Shown here: piece after piece, positions 1-11,422 of the stretch
Layout: every line of letters begins with the position of its first letter
How positions within the stretch are numbered: the stretch's first letter is position 1
NCBI GenBank assembly: GCA_963676915.2
Contig: CAXXVK010000010.1
Location: 96,001-160,000, forward strand
DNA: 64,000 nt
Source: Myxococcota bacterium
GTDB taxonomy: Bacteria > Myxococcota_A > SURF-8 > G963663525
Reading direction: 5' to 3'
Position numbers and translations under genes: made by a program
The notes under the pieces: model-generated
Database searches by the model: none
The model's input: only the letters and a program-made list of their open reading frames with translations
Told to the model about the DNA's origin: nothing

Positions 1-282
1 AACGAGATCAACCTCTACAGGCTCGCGGATTTCGGGATGGAATACCTGGACGCGATTGCCCTTTACGAGGCGGGAAAAATTCGTCAGATCAAAGACGGAG
101 TCAAACTGCTCGGCTCTGGAGAAATCGATCGTCCGATTCACTGTGTGGTGAGCCTGGCGACGAAATCCGCTCGCGAGAAGATCGAAAAAGCCGGTGGAAG
201 CGTGGTCGAGCTGGGACGTGGCGAACAAGTCCCCGAAGACTGGGAAGCGAAAATCGGTCGAAATCCTGTCGAGGGTGAATGA
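1..282 (+). CDS. rplO: 50S ribosomal protein L15, 5' end outside window
   Basis: VKLLGSGEI...SAREKIEKAGGSV C-terminal L15 motif; directly upstream of secY. Confidence 0.93.
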   Translation, partial: NEINLYRLADFGMEYLDAIALYEAGKIRQIKDGVKLLGSGEIDRPIHCVVSLATKSAREKIEKAGGSVVELGRGEQVPEDWEAKIGRNPVEGE

Positions 283-306
283 GCCGTAGGATGTAAGGAG
301 TAAGCT

Positions 307-1635
307 GTGGCTACCAGTTTCGGTAACATTGCAAGGATCCCAGAACTCAAACGGCGGATTTTCTTTACACTCGCGCTCCTCGCCGTTTTCCGGGTCGGTA
401 TCTTCATTACCACTCCGGGTGTCAACCGCGTGGCGATGTCCGAGTACATCGGTACGGCGGGCGGCGGTCTTTTCGGACTGTTCAACATGTTCACCGGCGG
501 CGCTATGCAGCAGGTGTCCGTGTTTTCGTTGGGTATCATGCCCTACATTTCGTCTTCCATTATCTTGCAGCTGTTGACGGTCATGTGGCCATGGCTGGCA
601 CAGTTGAAGAAAGAAGGCGAAGCCGGACGGGCGAAAATCACCCAGTACACACGGTACGGTACGATTTTCCTGTCGGTTGTCCAATCGTCGGCCATTGCCG
701 TATGGTTGGAATCGCTGAAAGTCGGTTCCATGCCGGTTGTGGACCCCGAAATGACGGGTTGGGGCTTCCGAATCATGACCATCATTTCGATGACAGCCGG
801 TACCGCCTTCCTGATGTGGTTGGGCGAGCAGATTACCGAGCGTGGTATCGGAAACGGCATTTCGTTGATCATCTTTGCCGGTATCGTAGCTGGAATTCCT
901 CGTGCGATCAGTTCTACCGTCGATTTCGTTCGCGGTGGACAGCTTACCCCGCTGGCGCTGCTGTTCCTGGCCGTCCTGATGGTGGTTGTCATTCTGGCGA
1001 TCGTCTTCGTGGAGCGTTCTCAACGTAGAATTCCGGTGCAGTACGCAAAGCGTGTCATCGGGCGAAAACAATACGGTGGTCAGTCCACTCACCTGCCGTT
1101 ACGGGTGAATACGGCTGGTGTTATTCCGCCGATTTTCGCAAGTTCGATCATTATGTTCCCGGCGACGATGGCTCAGTTTATCGATCATCCGATCGTCCAG
1201 AACATTCAAAACGCTTTGACTCCCGGAACCTGGGTGTATAACAGTATTTACGTGGCCTTGATCATTTTCTTTGCCTTCTTCTATACGGCGGTTCAGTTCG
1301 ACCCGATGGACGTGGCGGAGAATATGAAAAAGAACGGTGGATACATTCCTGGTATCCGACCCGGCAAGAAAACGGCGGATTACATCGACAACGTGTTGTC
1401 GAGAATCACCGTGTTCGGTTCGATTTATCTGGCGATCGTCTGCGTGCTGCCGATGTTTCTCCAGAGAGGGTTGAACGTTCCGTTCTGGTTCGGTGGAACG
1501 GCGATTCTGATCGTCGTCGGTGTGGCGCTTGATACCAGCAGCCAGATCGAGTCCCACCTGATCACACGACATTACGATGGGTTGTCTGGTGCGCGAGGGC
1601 CACGGATTCGTGGTCGCCGAAGCAGCACTCGTTGA
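307..1635 (+). CDS. secY: Preprotein translocase subunit SecY
   Basis: GTG start after AAGGAG; [33 protein letters not shown] motifs; multi-TM. Confidence 0.99.
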   Translation: MATSFGNIARIPELKRRIFFTLALLAVFRVGIFITTPGVNRVAMSEYIGTAGGGLFGLFNMFTGGAMQQVSVFSLGIMPYISSSIILQLLTVMWPWLAQLKKEGEAGRAKITQYTRYGTIFLSVVQSSAIAVWLESLKVGSMPVVDPEMTGWGFRIMTIISMTAGTAFLMWLGEQITERGIGNGISLIIFAGIVAGIPRAISSTVDFVRGGQLTPLALLFLAVLMVVVILAIVFVERSQRRIPVQYAKRVIGRKQYGGQSTHLPLRVNTAGVIPPIFASSIIMFPATMAQFIDHPIVQNIQNALTPGTWVYNSIYVALIIFFAFFYTAVQFDPMDVAENMKKNGGYIPGIRPGKKTADYIDNVLSRITVFGSIYLAIVCVLPMFLQRGLNVPFWFGGTAILIVVGVALDTSSQIESHLITRHYDGLSGARGPRIRGRRSSTR

Positions 1636-1674
1636 TGAGTTGACTAGGGAAGGTAAGTCAAAGGAGCGTTTGCA

Positions 1675-2322
1675 ATGAATCTGATCTTTTTGGGACCGCC
1701 AGGGGCCGGCAAAGGAACGCAGGCCAAGAAAATCATCACCCGTTACGATATTCCGCAAATTTCCACCGGTGACATGCTTCGTGCCGCGGTGAAAGCCGGA
1801 ACCGAGTTGGGCAAAGAAGCCGAAGCTTACATGAAAGCCGGAAAGCTCGTTACGGATGAAATCGTGATCGGTTTGATCGAGGAAAGACTGCAACAGGACG
1901 ATTGCGGAAAAGGCTTTTTGCTGGACGGATTTCCCCGGACGGTCAGCCAGGCGGACGCTCTGTCCGGCGTGCTGGAAAAACTGGGCAAAAAACTGGAGCA
2001 TGTCGTGTGTCTCAAGGTGCCTGATGAAGAACTGATGAAGCGCCTTACGGGTCGCCGCGTGTGCCGCGCCTGTGGTGAAGAATATCACGTGATCTTCAAG
2101 CCGATCCCCGAGGACGGCAATTGCGCCAAATGCGGCAGCGACGACATTTACCAGCGCACGGATGATAATGAAGAAACCATCGGCAATCGTCTGGAAGTGT
2201 ATCACAACCAGACCAAGCCGTTGATCGACTACTACGACGAACGCGGTTTCCTGCGCCTTATCGACGGTCTTGGTGCCATCGATGATATTCACGGGCGTGT
2301 CCGAAGCGCGTTGGAAGGATAA
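1675..2322 (+). CDS. adk: Adenylate kinase with Zn-binding lid
   Basis: GPPGAGKGT P-loop, STGDMLR, LDGFPRT, lid CRAC...CAKC. Confidence 0.99.
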   Translation: MNLIFLGPPGAGKGTQAKKIITRYDIPQISTGDMLRAAVKAGTELGKEAEAYMKAGKLVTDEIVIGLIEERLQQDDCGKGFLLDGFPRTVSQADALSGVLEKLGKKLEHVVCLKVPDEELMKRLTGRRVCRACGEEYHVIFKPIPEDGNCAKCGSDDIYQRTDDNEETIGNRLEVYHNQTKPLIDYYDERGFLRLIDGLGAIDDIHGRVRSALEG

Positions 2323-2326
2323 GATT

Positions 2327-3085
2327 TTGGGTGTCATACTGAAAACGCCCGATCAAATCAAGCGGATTCGAGACGCCGGACGCATCGTCGGGGAAGTTCA
2401 CGAAGCCCTTGAAAAAATGATCGAGCCGGGTATTAGCACCAAAGAGCTTGATGCTTTTGCCGAAAGTATGATACGAAAGCGGGGCGGGACGCCAACCTTC
2501 AAAGGGTACCGTGGGTTTCCCGCCACGCTTTGCACTTCGAGAAACGAAGTGATCGTTCATGGCATCCCCTCTTCGACGGATCGGCTGGAAGAGGGAGATA
2601 TCATCGGGATCGATCTCGGAGTGACGCTACAAGGGTGGATCGGCGATGCCGCTCGTACCTGGAAAGTAGGGAAGATTTCTTCCCGAGCCGATCAACTGGT
2701 GGAATCCACCAGACGTTCTTTGACGTTGGCGATCGAACAATCGGTTCCCGGAAATCGTCTCGGCGATATCGGAAACGCGATCCAAACCCATGTCGAAGCT
2801 TTTGGGTTTTCCGTTGTGCGAGATTTCGTAGGCCATGGTGTCGGACGTCATCTGCACGAAGATCCGCAAGTTCGGCATTTCGGGATTGCAGGACAGGGAC
2901 GTAGATTGAAAGAAGGTATGGTGATCGCCATCGAGCCGATGATCAACGAAGGCGTCTACGATATCGAAGTTTTGGACGATGACTGGACGGCTGTCACGGC
3001 GGATAGAAAGCTTTCGGCGCATTGGGAAAACACCATTGCCATTACCGCCGAAGGACCGAAGATTTTAACGGAAGTGGAAGACTAA
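2327..3085 (+). CDS. map: Methionine aminopeptidase type I
   Basis: TTG start 2327 after GGAAGGA; VHGIP, GHGVG...[17 protein letters not shown]. Confidence 0.97.
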   Translation: MGVILKTPDQIKRIRDAGRIVGEVHEALEKMIEPGISTKELDAFAESMIRKRGGTPTFKGYRGFPATLCTSRNEVIVHGIPSSTDRLEEGDIIGIDLGVTLQGWIGDAARTWKVGKISSRADQLVESTRRSLTLAIEQSVPGNRLGDIGNAIQTHVEAFGFSVVRDFVGHGVGRHLHEDPQVRHFGIAGQGRRLKEGMVIAIEPMINEGVYDIEVLDDDWTAVTADRKLSAHWENTIAITAEGPKILTEVED

Positions 3086-3113
3086 GCGAATTAGAAAAGG
3101 GACGAGGCAATCC

Positions 3114-3332
3114 ATGTCAAAAGAAGACATGATCGTTGTGGATGGAATTATCGAAGAATCATTGCCGAATGCAATGTTTCGTGTGAAGTTGGAAAACGAA
3201 CATCTCGTGCTTTGCCATATTTCCGGCAAAATGCGTATGCACTTTATTAAAATTCTCCCTGGAGACCGGGTGAAGGTGGAATTGTCGCCTTACGACCTGA
3301 CCAGGGGACGGATCGTCTACCGGGAAAAGTAA
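3114..3332 (+). CDS. infA: Translation initiation factor IF-1
   Basis: [35 protein letters not shown]. Confidence 0.99.
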   Translation: MSKEDMIVVDGIIEESLPNAMFRVKLENEHLVLCHISGKMRMHFIKILPGDRVKVELSPYDLTRGRIVYREK

Positions 3333-3362
3333 TTTCGATCCCGAACAAGATGGAGAACGACG

Positions 3363-3476
3363 ATGAAAGTCAGAGCCAGCGTGAAAAAAATCTGTGATAA
3401 ATGCAAAATTATCCGTCGAAAAGGAAAAATCCGGGTAATCTGCGAAAACCCCAAGCATAAGCAAGTCCAGGGCTGA
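3363..3476 (+). CDS. rpmJ: 50S ribosomal protein L36 (Zn-ribbon form; not in ORF track)
   Basis: Manual translation [37 protein letters not shown]. Confidence 0.99.
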   Translation: MKVRASVKKICDKCKIIRRKGKIRVICENPKHKQVQG

Positions 3477-3491
3477 GAAAGGAGCTGAGAC

Positions 3492-3857
3492 GTGGCACGT
3501 ATAGCAGGTGTTGACCTCCCGCGTGGTAAGCGGATCGATATCGCCCTGACCTATATTTACGGTATCGGACGTACGACGGCGAAAACGATTCTGTCCAAGG
3601 CGCAAGTCGATGGCGCAACCAAATCGGATAATCTGACGGAAAGCGATATCCAGCAGATCCGGCGCGTGATCGAAGAAGAAGTCAAGGTCGAAGGTGACCT
3701 TCGGCGCGAAGTACAGATGAACATCAAGCGGCTGATGGATCTCGGATGCTACCGAGGCTACCGTCACCGCCGAAAACTTCCGGTGCGCGGGCAACGCACC
3801 CGGACCAACGCTCGGACTCACAAAGGTCCGCGCCGCGTACTTGGCCGCAAGAAATAG
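3492..3857 (+). CDS. rpsM: 30S ribosomal protein S13
   Basis: [34 protein letters not shown]. Confidence 0.99.
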   Translation: MARIAGVDLPRGKRIDIALTYIYGIGRTTAKTILSKAQVDGATKSDNLTESDIQQIRRVIEEEVKVEGDLRREVQMNIKRLMDLGCYRGYRHRRKLPVRGQRTRTNARTHKGPRRVLGRKK

Positions 3858-3896
3858 CGGGAAACCAACCAAAGAGGATTCTGAAAGGGCATAACG

Positions 3897-4286
3897 ATGG
3901 CCAAAGGTGAAAGACGCCAAAAACGACGGGTTCGGAAAAATATCCAAACGGGTATTGCCCACATCAACTCCACGTTCAACAACACGAAAGTGACCATCAC
4001 GGACGTTTCCGGCAATGTCATTGCCTGGAGCAGCGCCGGTGCGATGGGATTTCGTGGCTCGCGTAAAAGCACGCCGTTCGCCGCTCAGACTGCGGCTGAA
4101 GACTGTGCCAAAAAAGCGAAAGAGCATGGATTGCAGAACATTTCCGTGTACGTACGCGGTCCGGGTTCCGGTCGGGAAACCGCCCTTCGCGCTTTGTCCA
4201 GCGCAGGGTTGAAAGTGACCTTGATTCGCGACGTTACGCCGATTCCGCACAATGGCTGCCGGGCGCCCAAAAGACGCCGTGTGTAA
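3897..4286 (+). CDS. rpsK: 30S ribosomal protein S11
   Basis: [35 protein letters not shown]. Confidence 0.99.
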   Translation: MAKGERRQKRRVRKNIQTGIAHINSTFNNTKVTITDVSGNVIAWSSAGAMGFRGSRKSTPFAAQTAAEDCAKKAKEHGLQNISVYVRGPGSGRETALRALSSAGLKVTLIRDVTPIPHNGCRAPKRRRV

Positions 4287-4355
4287 ATTATACTAACACT
4301 GAGATGATATACGATTGCCGGTGATTTTAAAGCCCGGCATTCAAGGAGGAGACCA

Positions 4356-4988
4356 TTGGCTAGGTACACCCAAGCAAAATGCAAGCTTTGCCGCCGCGAA
4401 GGGACGAAGCTCTTTTTGAAGGGAGAACGTTGTTTCACGGCGAAGTGCGCCATGGAGCAGAAACGTCGTCCTTATCCCCCGGGCGAGCACGGACAACGCC
4501 GCAAAAAAACGACGGATTACGGCTTACAGCTTCGTGAAAAGCAGAAAGTTCGTCGTATTTACGGCCTGTTGGAAAAACAGTTCCGCCTGTACTTCAAAAA
4601 AGCCGACAGCATGAAAGGCGTCACCGGCGAGAATCTTCTCAGCCTGTGCGAACGCCGGTTGGATAACGTCGTCTTCCGTCTGGGATTCGCCGGTTCGCGT
4701 GATGAAGCGCGGCAACTCGTCTCCCATCGGCATTTCATGCTGAACGGACGTCGCGTGAGCATTCCGAGCATTCTCGTCAAGGTCGGCGATGTCATCGAAG
4801 TGGTCGAGCGCAGCCGAAAATCTCTGCCGATCACGACGGCCATGGAAACGATCGATCGCCGGGGACTTCCGCCCTGGTTGGAATTGGAAAAGAATACGTT
4901 TAAGGGAACGATCCGGGCTCTGCCGCAGCGTGAGGATATCCAGATGGAGATCAACGAGCGCCTGATCGTCGAATTGTATTCCAAGTAA
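4356..4988 (+). CDS. rpsD: 30S ribosomal protein S4
   Basis: TTG start after AGGAG; [35 protein letters not shown]. Confidence 0.99.
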   Translation: MARYTQAKCKLCRREGTKLFLKGERCFTAKCAMEQKRRPYPPGEHGQRRKKTTDYGLQLREKQKVRRIYGLLEKQFRLYFKKADSMKGVTGENLLSLCERRLDNVVFRLGFAGSRDEARQLVSHRHFMLNGRRVSIPSILVKVGDVIEVVERSRKSLPITTAMETIDRRGLPPWLELEKNTFKGTIRALPQREDIQMEINERLIVELYSK

Positions 4989-5027
4989 CGCGATTTCTTG
5001 AATTTCTGAAATCTGCGAGGGGAAGCA

Positions 5028-6017
5028 ATGTATAAACATTGGCAGAACATGATCAAGCCGAAAACGTTGGAGGTCAACCGGGACACCCTGACCGACCGTT
5101 TCGGCAAATTCTGGTGTGAACCGCTCGAAAGAGGATACGGGACGACCATTGGCAACTCGCTGCGGCGTATCCTTATTTCATCGCTTCGAGGCGCTGCGGT
5201 GACGGCCATTCGTATCGAGGGTGTGGAGCACGAATTTTCCACGGTGCCCGAGGTGGTCGAGGATGTCACGCAGATGATCCTCAACCTCAAGGTGGTGGAT
5301 CTCAAGCTTCACGATGTCGAAGAGGTCAACGTCTCCATCGACAAAGAAGGTCCGGCTGTCGTGACGGCGGCGGATATCGTCGATAACAAGGTGGAGATTC
5401 TCAATCCCGACCAGCACATCGCCACCATCGGTGAAGGCGGACGGCTCCAGATGGATCTGACCATCGCGGATGGGCGTGGCTATCGGCAGGCCGATCGGTC
5501 CCAAGTGGTCGATCAACCTGTGGATACGATTCCGATCGATGCCAATTTCAGCCCGGTGAGAGAAGTCAACTATCAGGTTACTCCGGCTCGTGTCGGTCAA
5601 GTAATCGACTATGACAAACTCACCATGGAAATCAAGACCAACGGTGCGATCCGACCGGACGATGCCATCGGGCTTGCCGCGAAGATCTTGAAAGAACAGC
5701 TAACGATCTTCATCAACTTCGATGAAGCGATCGAAGCCGTGACCACCGAAGAAGAAAAAGGCGAAGAGGAATACAACAAGAACCTCCTGCGCAGCGTCGA
5801 TGAACTGGAACTTTCGGTGCGGTCGGCAAACTGTCTGCAAAACGCCAGCATTCGTCACATTTACCAGTTGGTGCAGAAGACCGAGAGCGAAATGCTCAAG
5901 ACCAAGAACTTCGGTCGGAAGTCCCTGAGCGAAATCAAAGATATCCTCTCGGAAATGGGATTGTCGCTTGGCATGACGCTTCCCGAAGGCTTCAAGCCGC
6001 CGAAAAAAGAAGAATAA
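5028..6017 (+). CDS. rpoA: RNA polymerase alpha subunit
   Basis: [39 protein letters not shown]. Confidence 0.99.
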   Translation: MYKHWQNMIKPKTLEVNRDTLTDRFGKFWCEPLERGYGTTIGNSLRRILISSLRGAAVTAIRIEGVEHEFSTVPEVVEDVTQMILNLKVVDLKLHDVEEVNVSIDKEGPAVVTAADIVDNKVEILNPDQHIATIGEGGRLQMDLTIADGRGYRQADRSQVVDQPVDTIPIDANFSPVREVNYQVTPARVGQVIDYDKLTMEIKTNGAIRPDDAIGLAAKILKEQLTIFINFDEAIEAVTTEEEKGEEEYNKNLLRSVDELELSVRSANCLQNASIRHIYQLVQKTESEMLKTKNFGRKSLSEIKDILSEMGLSLGMTLPEGFKPPKKEE

Positions 6018-6062
6018 ACGTTGGCCCAGGGCCATTAACCGAGTATTTGAGGAGTTGGAATC

Positions 6063-6461
6063 ATGAAACACCGCCGGGCCGGACGCAAACTGCGTCGAAA
6101 TTCCTCGCATCGCAAAGCGCTGATGCGTAATCTTCTTACGTCTCTGATTTTGCACAATCGCATCACGACGACGGAAGCCAAGGCGAAAGAGCTGAGATCG
6201 TACGCTGAGAAAGCCGTTACATTGGCCAAGCAGGGAACCTTGCACGCCAGACGACAGGCTGCGACCATGCTGTACGATCCCGAAGCGCTGCAAAAGCTGT
6301 TTAGCGACATGCCCGAGCGTTTTAAAGAGCGCCAGGGTGGGTATACCCGCGTTTTGAAGCTGGGGAACCGCTTGGGCGACAATGCCCGCATCGCCGTCAT
6401 CGAATACCTCGATGCTCCCGAAGGCGAATCGGTGGAATCCGCCGAGGCTTCGGACGAATAG
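6063..6461 (+). CDS. rplQ: 50S ribosomal protein L17
   Basis: [30 protein letters not shown]. Confidence 0.99.
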   Translation: MKHRRAGRKLRRNSSHRKALMRNLLTSLILHNRITTTEAKAKELRSYAEKAVTLAKQGTLHARRQAATMLYDPEALQKLFSDMPERFKERQGGYTRVLKLGNRLGDNARIAVIEYLDAPEGESVESAEASDE

Positions 6462-6496
6462 CGAAATAGGGTTTTCCCTTTATAGAACCGCTACTT

Positions 6497-6535
6497 ACAC
6501 CCCGTGTCCGTTGCTTGGACTCGGGGTGTTTTTTT
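6497..6535 (+). terminator. Intrinsic terminator of the alpha operon
   Basis: ACACCCCGtGTCC...GGACtCGGGGTGT stem followed by T-run. Confidence 0.85.
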
Positions 6536-6562
6536 GAACAGGGAAGGGTTGGTAGACATCGC

Positions 6563-7687
6563 ATGACCGTGCTGCAAATCGTGATCGTGCTTGTAGTTCC
6601 CATTATCGTGTTGTGGCTGGAACCGAAGGTGAAGCTCATCCAATGGATCTCGTCGGTAATGGTTTGTTACCTCGCCGGTTTGATTCTGGCCAATCAATCG
6701 CTATTGACCATCGATGCCGAGCTATCCAATGAAATGTGCGGGGTGACGGTCGCCCTCGCGATTCCTCTTCTGCTGTATTCGGTGGATGTTCCGGGCTGGC
6801 TGAGGTTGGCCAAACCGACGGTGATTTCCTTTTTGTTGTGTTTGTTGTCGGTTTTTATTCTTTCGATTGCAGCGTTTGCCGTTTTTCACGAAATTTTGCC
6901 GGAAAGCGCGCAGTTGTCCGGAATGCTGATCGGTACCTACACCGGTGGAACACCCAATCTTGCCGCCATTGGTAGAGCGTTGAACGTCGAGCCGGAAGTG
7001 TTCATGATGATCAACTCCGCCGATATCGTAATCGGTGGAGCGTACGTGCCGTTTATGTTCATGTTGGCGGGTCGGGTGTATGGCTGGTTTTTGCCGCCGT
7101 TTCCACATGCATCCGACCGAAAGGAAGAGATAGACGCCTCGGATTTTTCGATGAATCAGGGCGGATTTCCTCCGCTAGCCAGTCTTGTCAAGGGGTTGGG
7201 GTTGACCGTGCTGTTGGTTGGAGCCGGTGTCGGAGCCGGATTGCTTGCACCGGAATCGGTGCGTGATCCCGTGACGATTCTCATGCTGACATCGGGGGCC
7301 ATCGGGTTGTCGTTCGTTCCTTCGATTCGCCATATGAAGGGAACCACCACGATGGGGAATTATTTCCTGCTGGTGTTCTGTGTGGCTATCGGCACAACGG
7401 CGAATATCGAAAAACTGATGGCTTCGTCCACGATTTATATCGGATATGTCGCCTTCGTGATGATCGGCGCCGTGGTGCTGCACCTGGTGTTTTGTACGCT
7501 ATTCCGTCTCGACCGAGACACGGTGCTGATTACCTCGACGGCGGCGATTTACGGCCCTGCGTTCATCGGGCCGGTGGCTATGAACCTGAAAAACCGCGAA
7601 ATCATCGTTAGCGGCATGGCGTCCGGTCTCGTCGGATACGCCATCGGCAACTATCTGGGATTGTTTGTCACCTGGATATTGTCCTGA
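6563..7687 (+). CDS. DUF819-family integral membrane protein
   Basis: About 10 TM segments; GTYTGGTPN and YAIGNYLG motifs. Confidence 0.8.
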   Translation: MTVLQIVIVLVVPIIVLWLEPKVKLIQWISSVMVCYLAGLILANQSLLTIDAELSNEMCGVTVALAIPLLLYSVDVPGWLRLAKPTVISFLLCLLSVFILSIAAFAVFHEILPESAQLSGMLIGTYTGGTPNLAAIGRALNVEPEVFMMINSADIVIGGAYVPFMFMLAGRVYGWFLPPFPHASDRKEEIDASDFSMNQGGFPPLASLVKGLGLTVLLVGAGVGAGLLAPESVRDPVTILMLTSGAIGLSFVPSIRHMKGTTTMGNYFLLVFCVAIGTTANIEKLMASSTIYIGYVAFVMIGAVVLHLVFCTLFRLDRDTVLITSTAAIYGPAFIGPVAMNLKNREIIVSGMASGLVGYAIGNYLGLFVTWILS

Positions 7688-7691
7688 TTTA

Positions 7692-7716
7692 TAACCTGCC
7701 TGAATGATTCAAATTA
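7692..7716. repeat. Possible collapsed remnant of the 180-bp palindromic element
   Basis: TAACCTG...GAATGATTCAAATTA resembles fused left and right ends; terminal TTA is the SPOR gene stop. Confidence 0.35.
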
Positions 7717-8574
7717 ATTCAGAACTCGAGTAACCATGGTTTGCTTGTCCTTCGTCTTTTCCTTGTAAATCCGTTCGTAGGCTTTGGCCTGCTGATAGTC
7801 CTGGAATTTTCCGATACAGACCTTGTACCAAGTCAGGGTATCGTCTACCGGCATTTCCATAATGAACGGCTTGCGGTCGTCGAAGGGCTTGAATTTGTCG
7901 ATCACCTTCTGTGCGCGTTCCCGAGTTCTGAACGAATGAAACTGTACGGTGTACTGCTTTTTCGTAGAATTGGCGGGTTTTTCCACAGGAGGAGGTGGGG
8001 GAGGCGGTGTTTTCGCGACCGTTTTTTTCGGTGCGGGAGGTTCTTTGGTTTCTTTTTTCGGAGCCGGAGCTTTGGCCTTTACTTCGTTGAACGTCGGCGG
8101 CAAAGGTTCTTCGGCTGGGGGAGTTGGTTTGTTTTTCTTTTCTTCGGGTGGAACGTTCGGAACGACTACCGGAGTTTTTTGCTGCGGTGGGGGTGATCCC
8201 GCTCCACGAGCGCGCTGTTCGGTCTGTTCCGCCTGTTGCAGACGAGCCAGAAGGCTCGGACCTTCCGAAGCCGGTTTTGCAGCTTCCGGTTCGGGTGCCT
8301 TTTCAGCTATGGGGGTAGCCTCCGAAGGTGGTGCAAGCAAGGGTTGGTCGGGGTTTGGATTGTCGCCGAATTCATCATTGGTTTCAGTGGGTTGCATAGC
8401 TCCCATAGAGTCGCTTAGGGTGCCGCCGCCCATCTCGATGGATAGTCTCCAGCCCACGTTGATTCCCAAACCGAAAAACAACACCAGCATCAGGAAAATC
8501 CCGGCGAAAATCGCCATCAACTGCCGGTTGTCAAGTTCGAATACATGCTTGACCCGCAGGGGTTCGCCCGCCAT
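7714..8574 (-). CDS. SPOR-domain cell-division protein (FtsN/DedD-like)
   Basis: One N-terminal TM, Pro/Lys/Glu linker, C-terminal YTVQFHSF...WYKVCIGKF; ATG 8574 with GGAGG. Confidence 0.85.
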   Translation of the reverse strand: MAGEPLRVKHVFELDNRQLMAIFAGIFLMLVLFFGLGINVGWRLSIEMGGGTLSDSMGAMQPTETNDEFGDNPNPDQPLLAPPSEATPIAEKAPEPEAAKPASEGPSLLARLQQAEQTEQRARGAGSPPPQQKTPVVVPNVPPEEKKNKPTPPAEEPLPPTFNEVKAKAPAPKKETKEPPAPKKTVAKTPPPPPPPVEKPANSTKKQYTVQFHSFRTRERAQKVIDKFKPFDDRKPFIMEMPVDDTLTWYKVCIGKFQDYQQAKAYERIYKEKTKDKQTMVTRVLN

Positions 8575-8605
8575 TACCGCCTCCATCCTGAAATCCATTA
8601 AATGG

Positions 8606-8634
8606 AGTATATCCGCCTCGGGAGTCGATGTCAA
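8606..8634 (-). promoter_or_regulatory. Sigma70 promoter of the SPOR gene
   Basis: TTGACA-N17-TATACT on minus strand. Confidence 0.8.
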
Positions 8635-8756
8635 CATCGCCTTCCATTTCAAATCAATGAGCTGAGATCCTACTGAATTCTGGAAAAATAGATCATGGTG
8701 GCGGCGTTTTGTGGTCAAAAAGTGAAATAAGTTCGTAGAAATGACAAATTTCCCGA

Positions 8757-8785
8757 TTGACGGACCGGTGGATGGGCATTACCAT
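8757..8785 (+). promoter_or_regulatory. Sigma70 promoter of gap-pgk
   Basis: TTGACG-N17-TACCAT. Confidence 0.6.
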
Positions 8786-8863
8786 TAAGATCCTGAAAAT
8801 CAGGGAAGGGGACGAAGGTGTGTGTATTTTTGTCTTTTTTTGTGAAAACCAAAGGAGAATATC

Positions 8864-9895
8864 ATGTCGTTCAAAGTAGCTATTAACGGTTTCGGTCGTA
8901 TCGGTCGTGTCGTTTTTCGCCGGATTCTGGAGAATCCCGACGCCGAGGTCGTGGCCATCAACGATCTCGCCCCGGTGGATACCAGCTATCATCTGGTGCG
9001 CTACGACTCGGTTCACGGACGCCTGAATCGTGAGGTCAGCCGTGACGGAAACAGTCTGGTCATCGACGGCCGAAAGATTCCGATTTCCTCCACCACCGAT
9101 CCCGCCGAAGCGGCGAAGAATTTCGAAGGCGCAGACGTTGTGTTCGAATGCACCGGCAAGATCGTCGGTCCCGATAACCTCAACAAATTCCTGACCGGAA
9201 GCATCAAAAAGGTTCTGCTTTCCCGTCCGATCAAGCCCGGTGAAGAAGACGTTCCGATGTTCGTAATGGGTGTCAACCACAACAAATACGATGGCCAGAA
9301 CATTTTCTCCAACGCTTCCTGCACCACGAACTGTCTGGCCCCGCTGGCCTTCGTGCTGAACAAAAACTTCGGTATCGTCAAGGGCTTGATGACGACGATC
9401 CACTCCTACACGAACGATCAGAACACCCTCGATCAGTACCACAAAGACATGCGCCGTGCCCGTGCCGCCGCGTTGTCGATGATCCCGACGACCACCGGTG
9501 CCGCTCGCGCCGTCGGCAAAGTTCTGCCGGAAGTCAACGGAAAACTGGACGGTTTCGCTATCCGTGTGCCCACTCCCAACGTTTCCCTGGTCGACCTGAC
9601 CGTCAACCTGGAGAAAAACGTCACGATCGAGCAGCTCAACTCCACGGTGCTCGAAGCCAGCAAGGGCGAGTTGAACGGTATTCTGGGATACAACACCGAG
9701 CCTCTGGTTTCCTCCGACTTCAACGGCGACACCCATTCTTCGCATTTCGAAGCGTCGTTGACCTCTCTGCTCGGTAAAGAAGGCGATAACTTCGTGAAGG
9801 TTATCAGCTGGTACGACAACGAAACCGGATACAGCCAGCGTATGGTGGATCTGGCTCGTTACGCTTTGACCGGCGAATTCAAGATCGGCGGTTGA
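8864..9895 (+). CDS. gap: Glyceraldehyde-3-phosphate dehydrogenase type I
   Basis: INGFGRIGR, ASCTTNCLAP, RVPTPNVS, WYDNETGYS. Confidence 0.98.
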   Translation: MSFKVAINGFGRIGRVVFRRILENPDAEVVAINDLAPVDTSYHLVRYDSVHGRLNREVSRDGNSLVIDGRKIPISSTTDPAEAAKNFEGADVVFECTGKIVGPDNLNKFLTGSIKKVLLSRPIKPGEEDVPMFVMGVNHNKYDGQNIFSNASCTTNCLAPLAFVLNKNFGIVKGLMTTIHSYTNDQNTLDQYHKDMRRARAAALSMIPTTTGAARAVGKVLPEVNGKLDGFAIRVPTPNVSLVDLTVNLEKNVTIEQLNSTVLEASKGELNGILGYNTEPLVSSDFNGDTHSSHFEASLTSLLGKEGDNFVKVISWYDNETGYSQRMVDLARYALTGEFKIGG

Positions 9896-9995
9896 TATCG
9901 ATCGAACTCACGTGAGGCGACCCGCTTCGGATCGTCTCGCGATGATCGATGTTCGAAGGAACGTGTAGAAAGATTATGAAAGACGAGGGTCATCC

Positions 9996-11171
9996 ATGAA
10001 GTCAATCGAACAGTTGGACCTCAAGGATCGGCGAGTGTTTATTCGCGTCGATTTCAACTGCCCCATCGAAAACGGTAAAGTGTCCGATGACAGCCGCATT
10101 CGTGCCGCGTTGCCGACGATTCTTTACGCACTCGATCAGGGCGCACGTGTGATTTTGGCGAGCCACCTGGGACGACCGTCCGGAACGGGCTACGAAAAGG
10201 CATTCAGCCTGGAACCTGTAGCGGCCCGACTGGCGGAGTTGCTGGAAAAAGACGTTGTGATTCCCGACGATTGTGTTGGCGACGGCCCGCGAAAAGTCGT
10301 GATGGATCTGCGTCCCGGACACGCCGTGTTGCTAGAAAACCTGCGTTTCCACAAAGCGGAAAAGAAAAACGACGAAGCTTTTGCCAAACAGTTGGCATCT
10401 CTTTGCGACGTTTACATTAACGATGCCTTCGGTACGGCCCACCGCGCCCATGCCTCCACGGCGGGAATGGCGGCTTTCGTCAAGGAAAAAGCCGTCGGTT
10501 TCCTGATGCAGAAGGAATTCAAGTACCTGCAACCATTGGTGGAAGGCCCGGAAAAACCCTATTACGCGATTCTGGGCGGAGCCAAGGTGTCCGACAAACT
10601 CGGCGTCCTGGAAAACCTGCTCGACAAAGTGGATGCCCTGATGATCGGTGGCGGTATGGCCTATACCTTCCTCAAGGCACAGGGATACAACGTGGGCAAA
10701 TCGCTGTTGGAAAAAGACCGTCTGGACGCGGCAGAACGCATCTTGAAGGGCGCCAAGGCTCGCAACGTGGAAGTCCTGCTCCCGCTGGATCACGTCGTAG
10801 CCAAGGAAGCCGTGGAAGATGTGGAGAAGGAAGTTGTCCTGACAGGATCGATTCCCGACGATGTGGCCGCTTTCGATATCGGAATGCGTACCATCGAAGC
10901 CTACACCAACAAGATCATGTCCGCATCCACGATCTTCTGGAACGGACCCATGGGCGTGTTCGAAGTCTTTCCTTTCGACAAGGGAACCATGAGCATCGCC
11001 GAGGCCGTGGCCTCCTCCGGGTGTGTCTCGGTCGTGGGTGGCGGAGACTCCGTGGCTGCCGTGAATCGTTCCGGCGTCGCCGACAAAATCAGCCACATTT
11101 CGACGGGTGGCGGTGCGAGCCTCGAATTCATCCAAGGTCTGGCTTTGCCTGGTTTCGAAGCGCTTAAATAA
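9996..11171 (+). CDS. pgk: Phosphoglycerate kinase
   Basis: [40 protein letters not shown]. Confidence 0.99.
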   Translation: MKSIEQLDLKDRRVFIRVDFNCPIENGKVSDDSRIRAALPTILYALDQGARVILASHLGRPSGTGYEKAFSLEPVAARLAELLEKDVVIPDDCVGDGPRKVVMDLRPGHAVLLENLRFHKAEKKNDEAFAKQLASLCDVYINDAFGTAHRAHASTAGMAAFVKEKAVGFLMQKEFKYLQPLVEGPEKPYYAILGGAKVSDKLGVLENLLDKVDALMIGGGMAYTFLKAQGYNVGKSLLEKDRLDAAERILKGAKARNVEVLLPLDHVVAKEAVEDVEKEVVLTGSIPDDVAAFDIGMRTIEAYTNKIMSASTIFWNGPMGVFEVFPFDKGTMSIAEAVASSGCVSVVGGGDSVAAVNRSGVADKISHISTGGGASLEFIQGLALPGFEALK

Positions 11172-11199
11172 CGGGAACCTATCGCCCGAACGTCCATCC

Positions 11200-11236
11200 A
11201 ACGCCCTGTCGTTTTCTTTCGACAGGGCGTTTTTTT
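11200..11236 (+). terminator. Intrinsic terminator after pgk
   Basis: AACGCCCTGTCG...CGACAGGGCGTTTTTTT. Confidence 0.85.
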
Positions 11237-11422
11237 GCTTCTTTTCCGGATGGAATGTGAAATCTTCCTTTCTTGCACGTATTTTGCCGTCTTTGCCTTG
11301 ATTCTCTCGAACAAAACGATTATGACTATGCGCGGGACATCCTTAAAAGACGGTGGGCTTGCTTCTGTGTGAATTCCGTGCTTCGTGAATTTTTTTCATT
11401 GACCGAAGGAGGTACAGAAACG

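Noticed and set aside
8575-8718. Longer N-terminus of the SPOR protein given in the ORF track
   Set aside because: A consensus sigma70 promoter lies inside it (8606-8634) and a good RBS precedes ATG 8574
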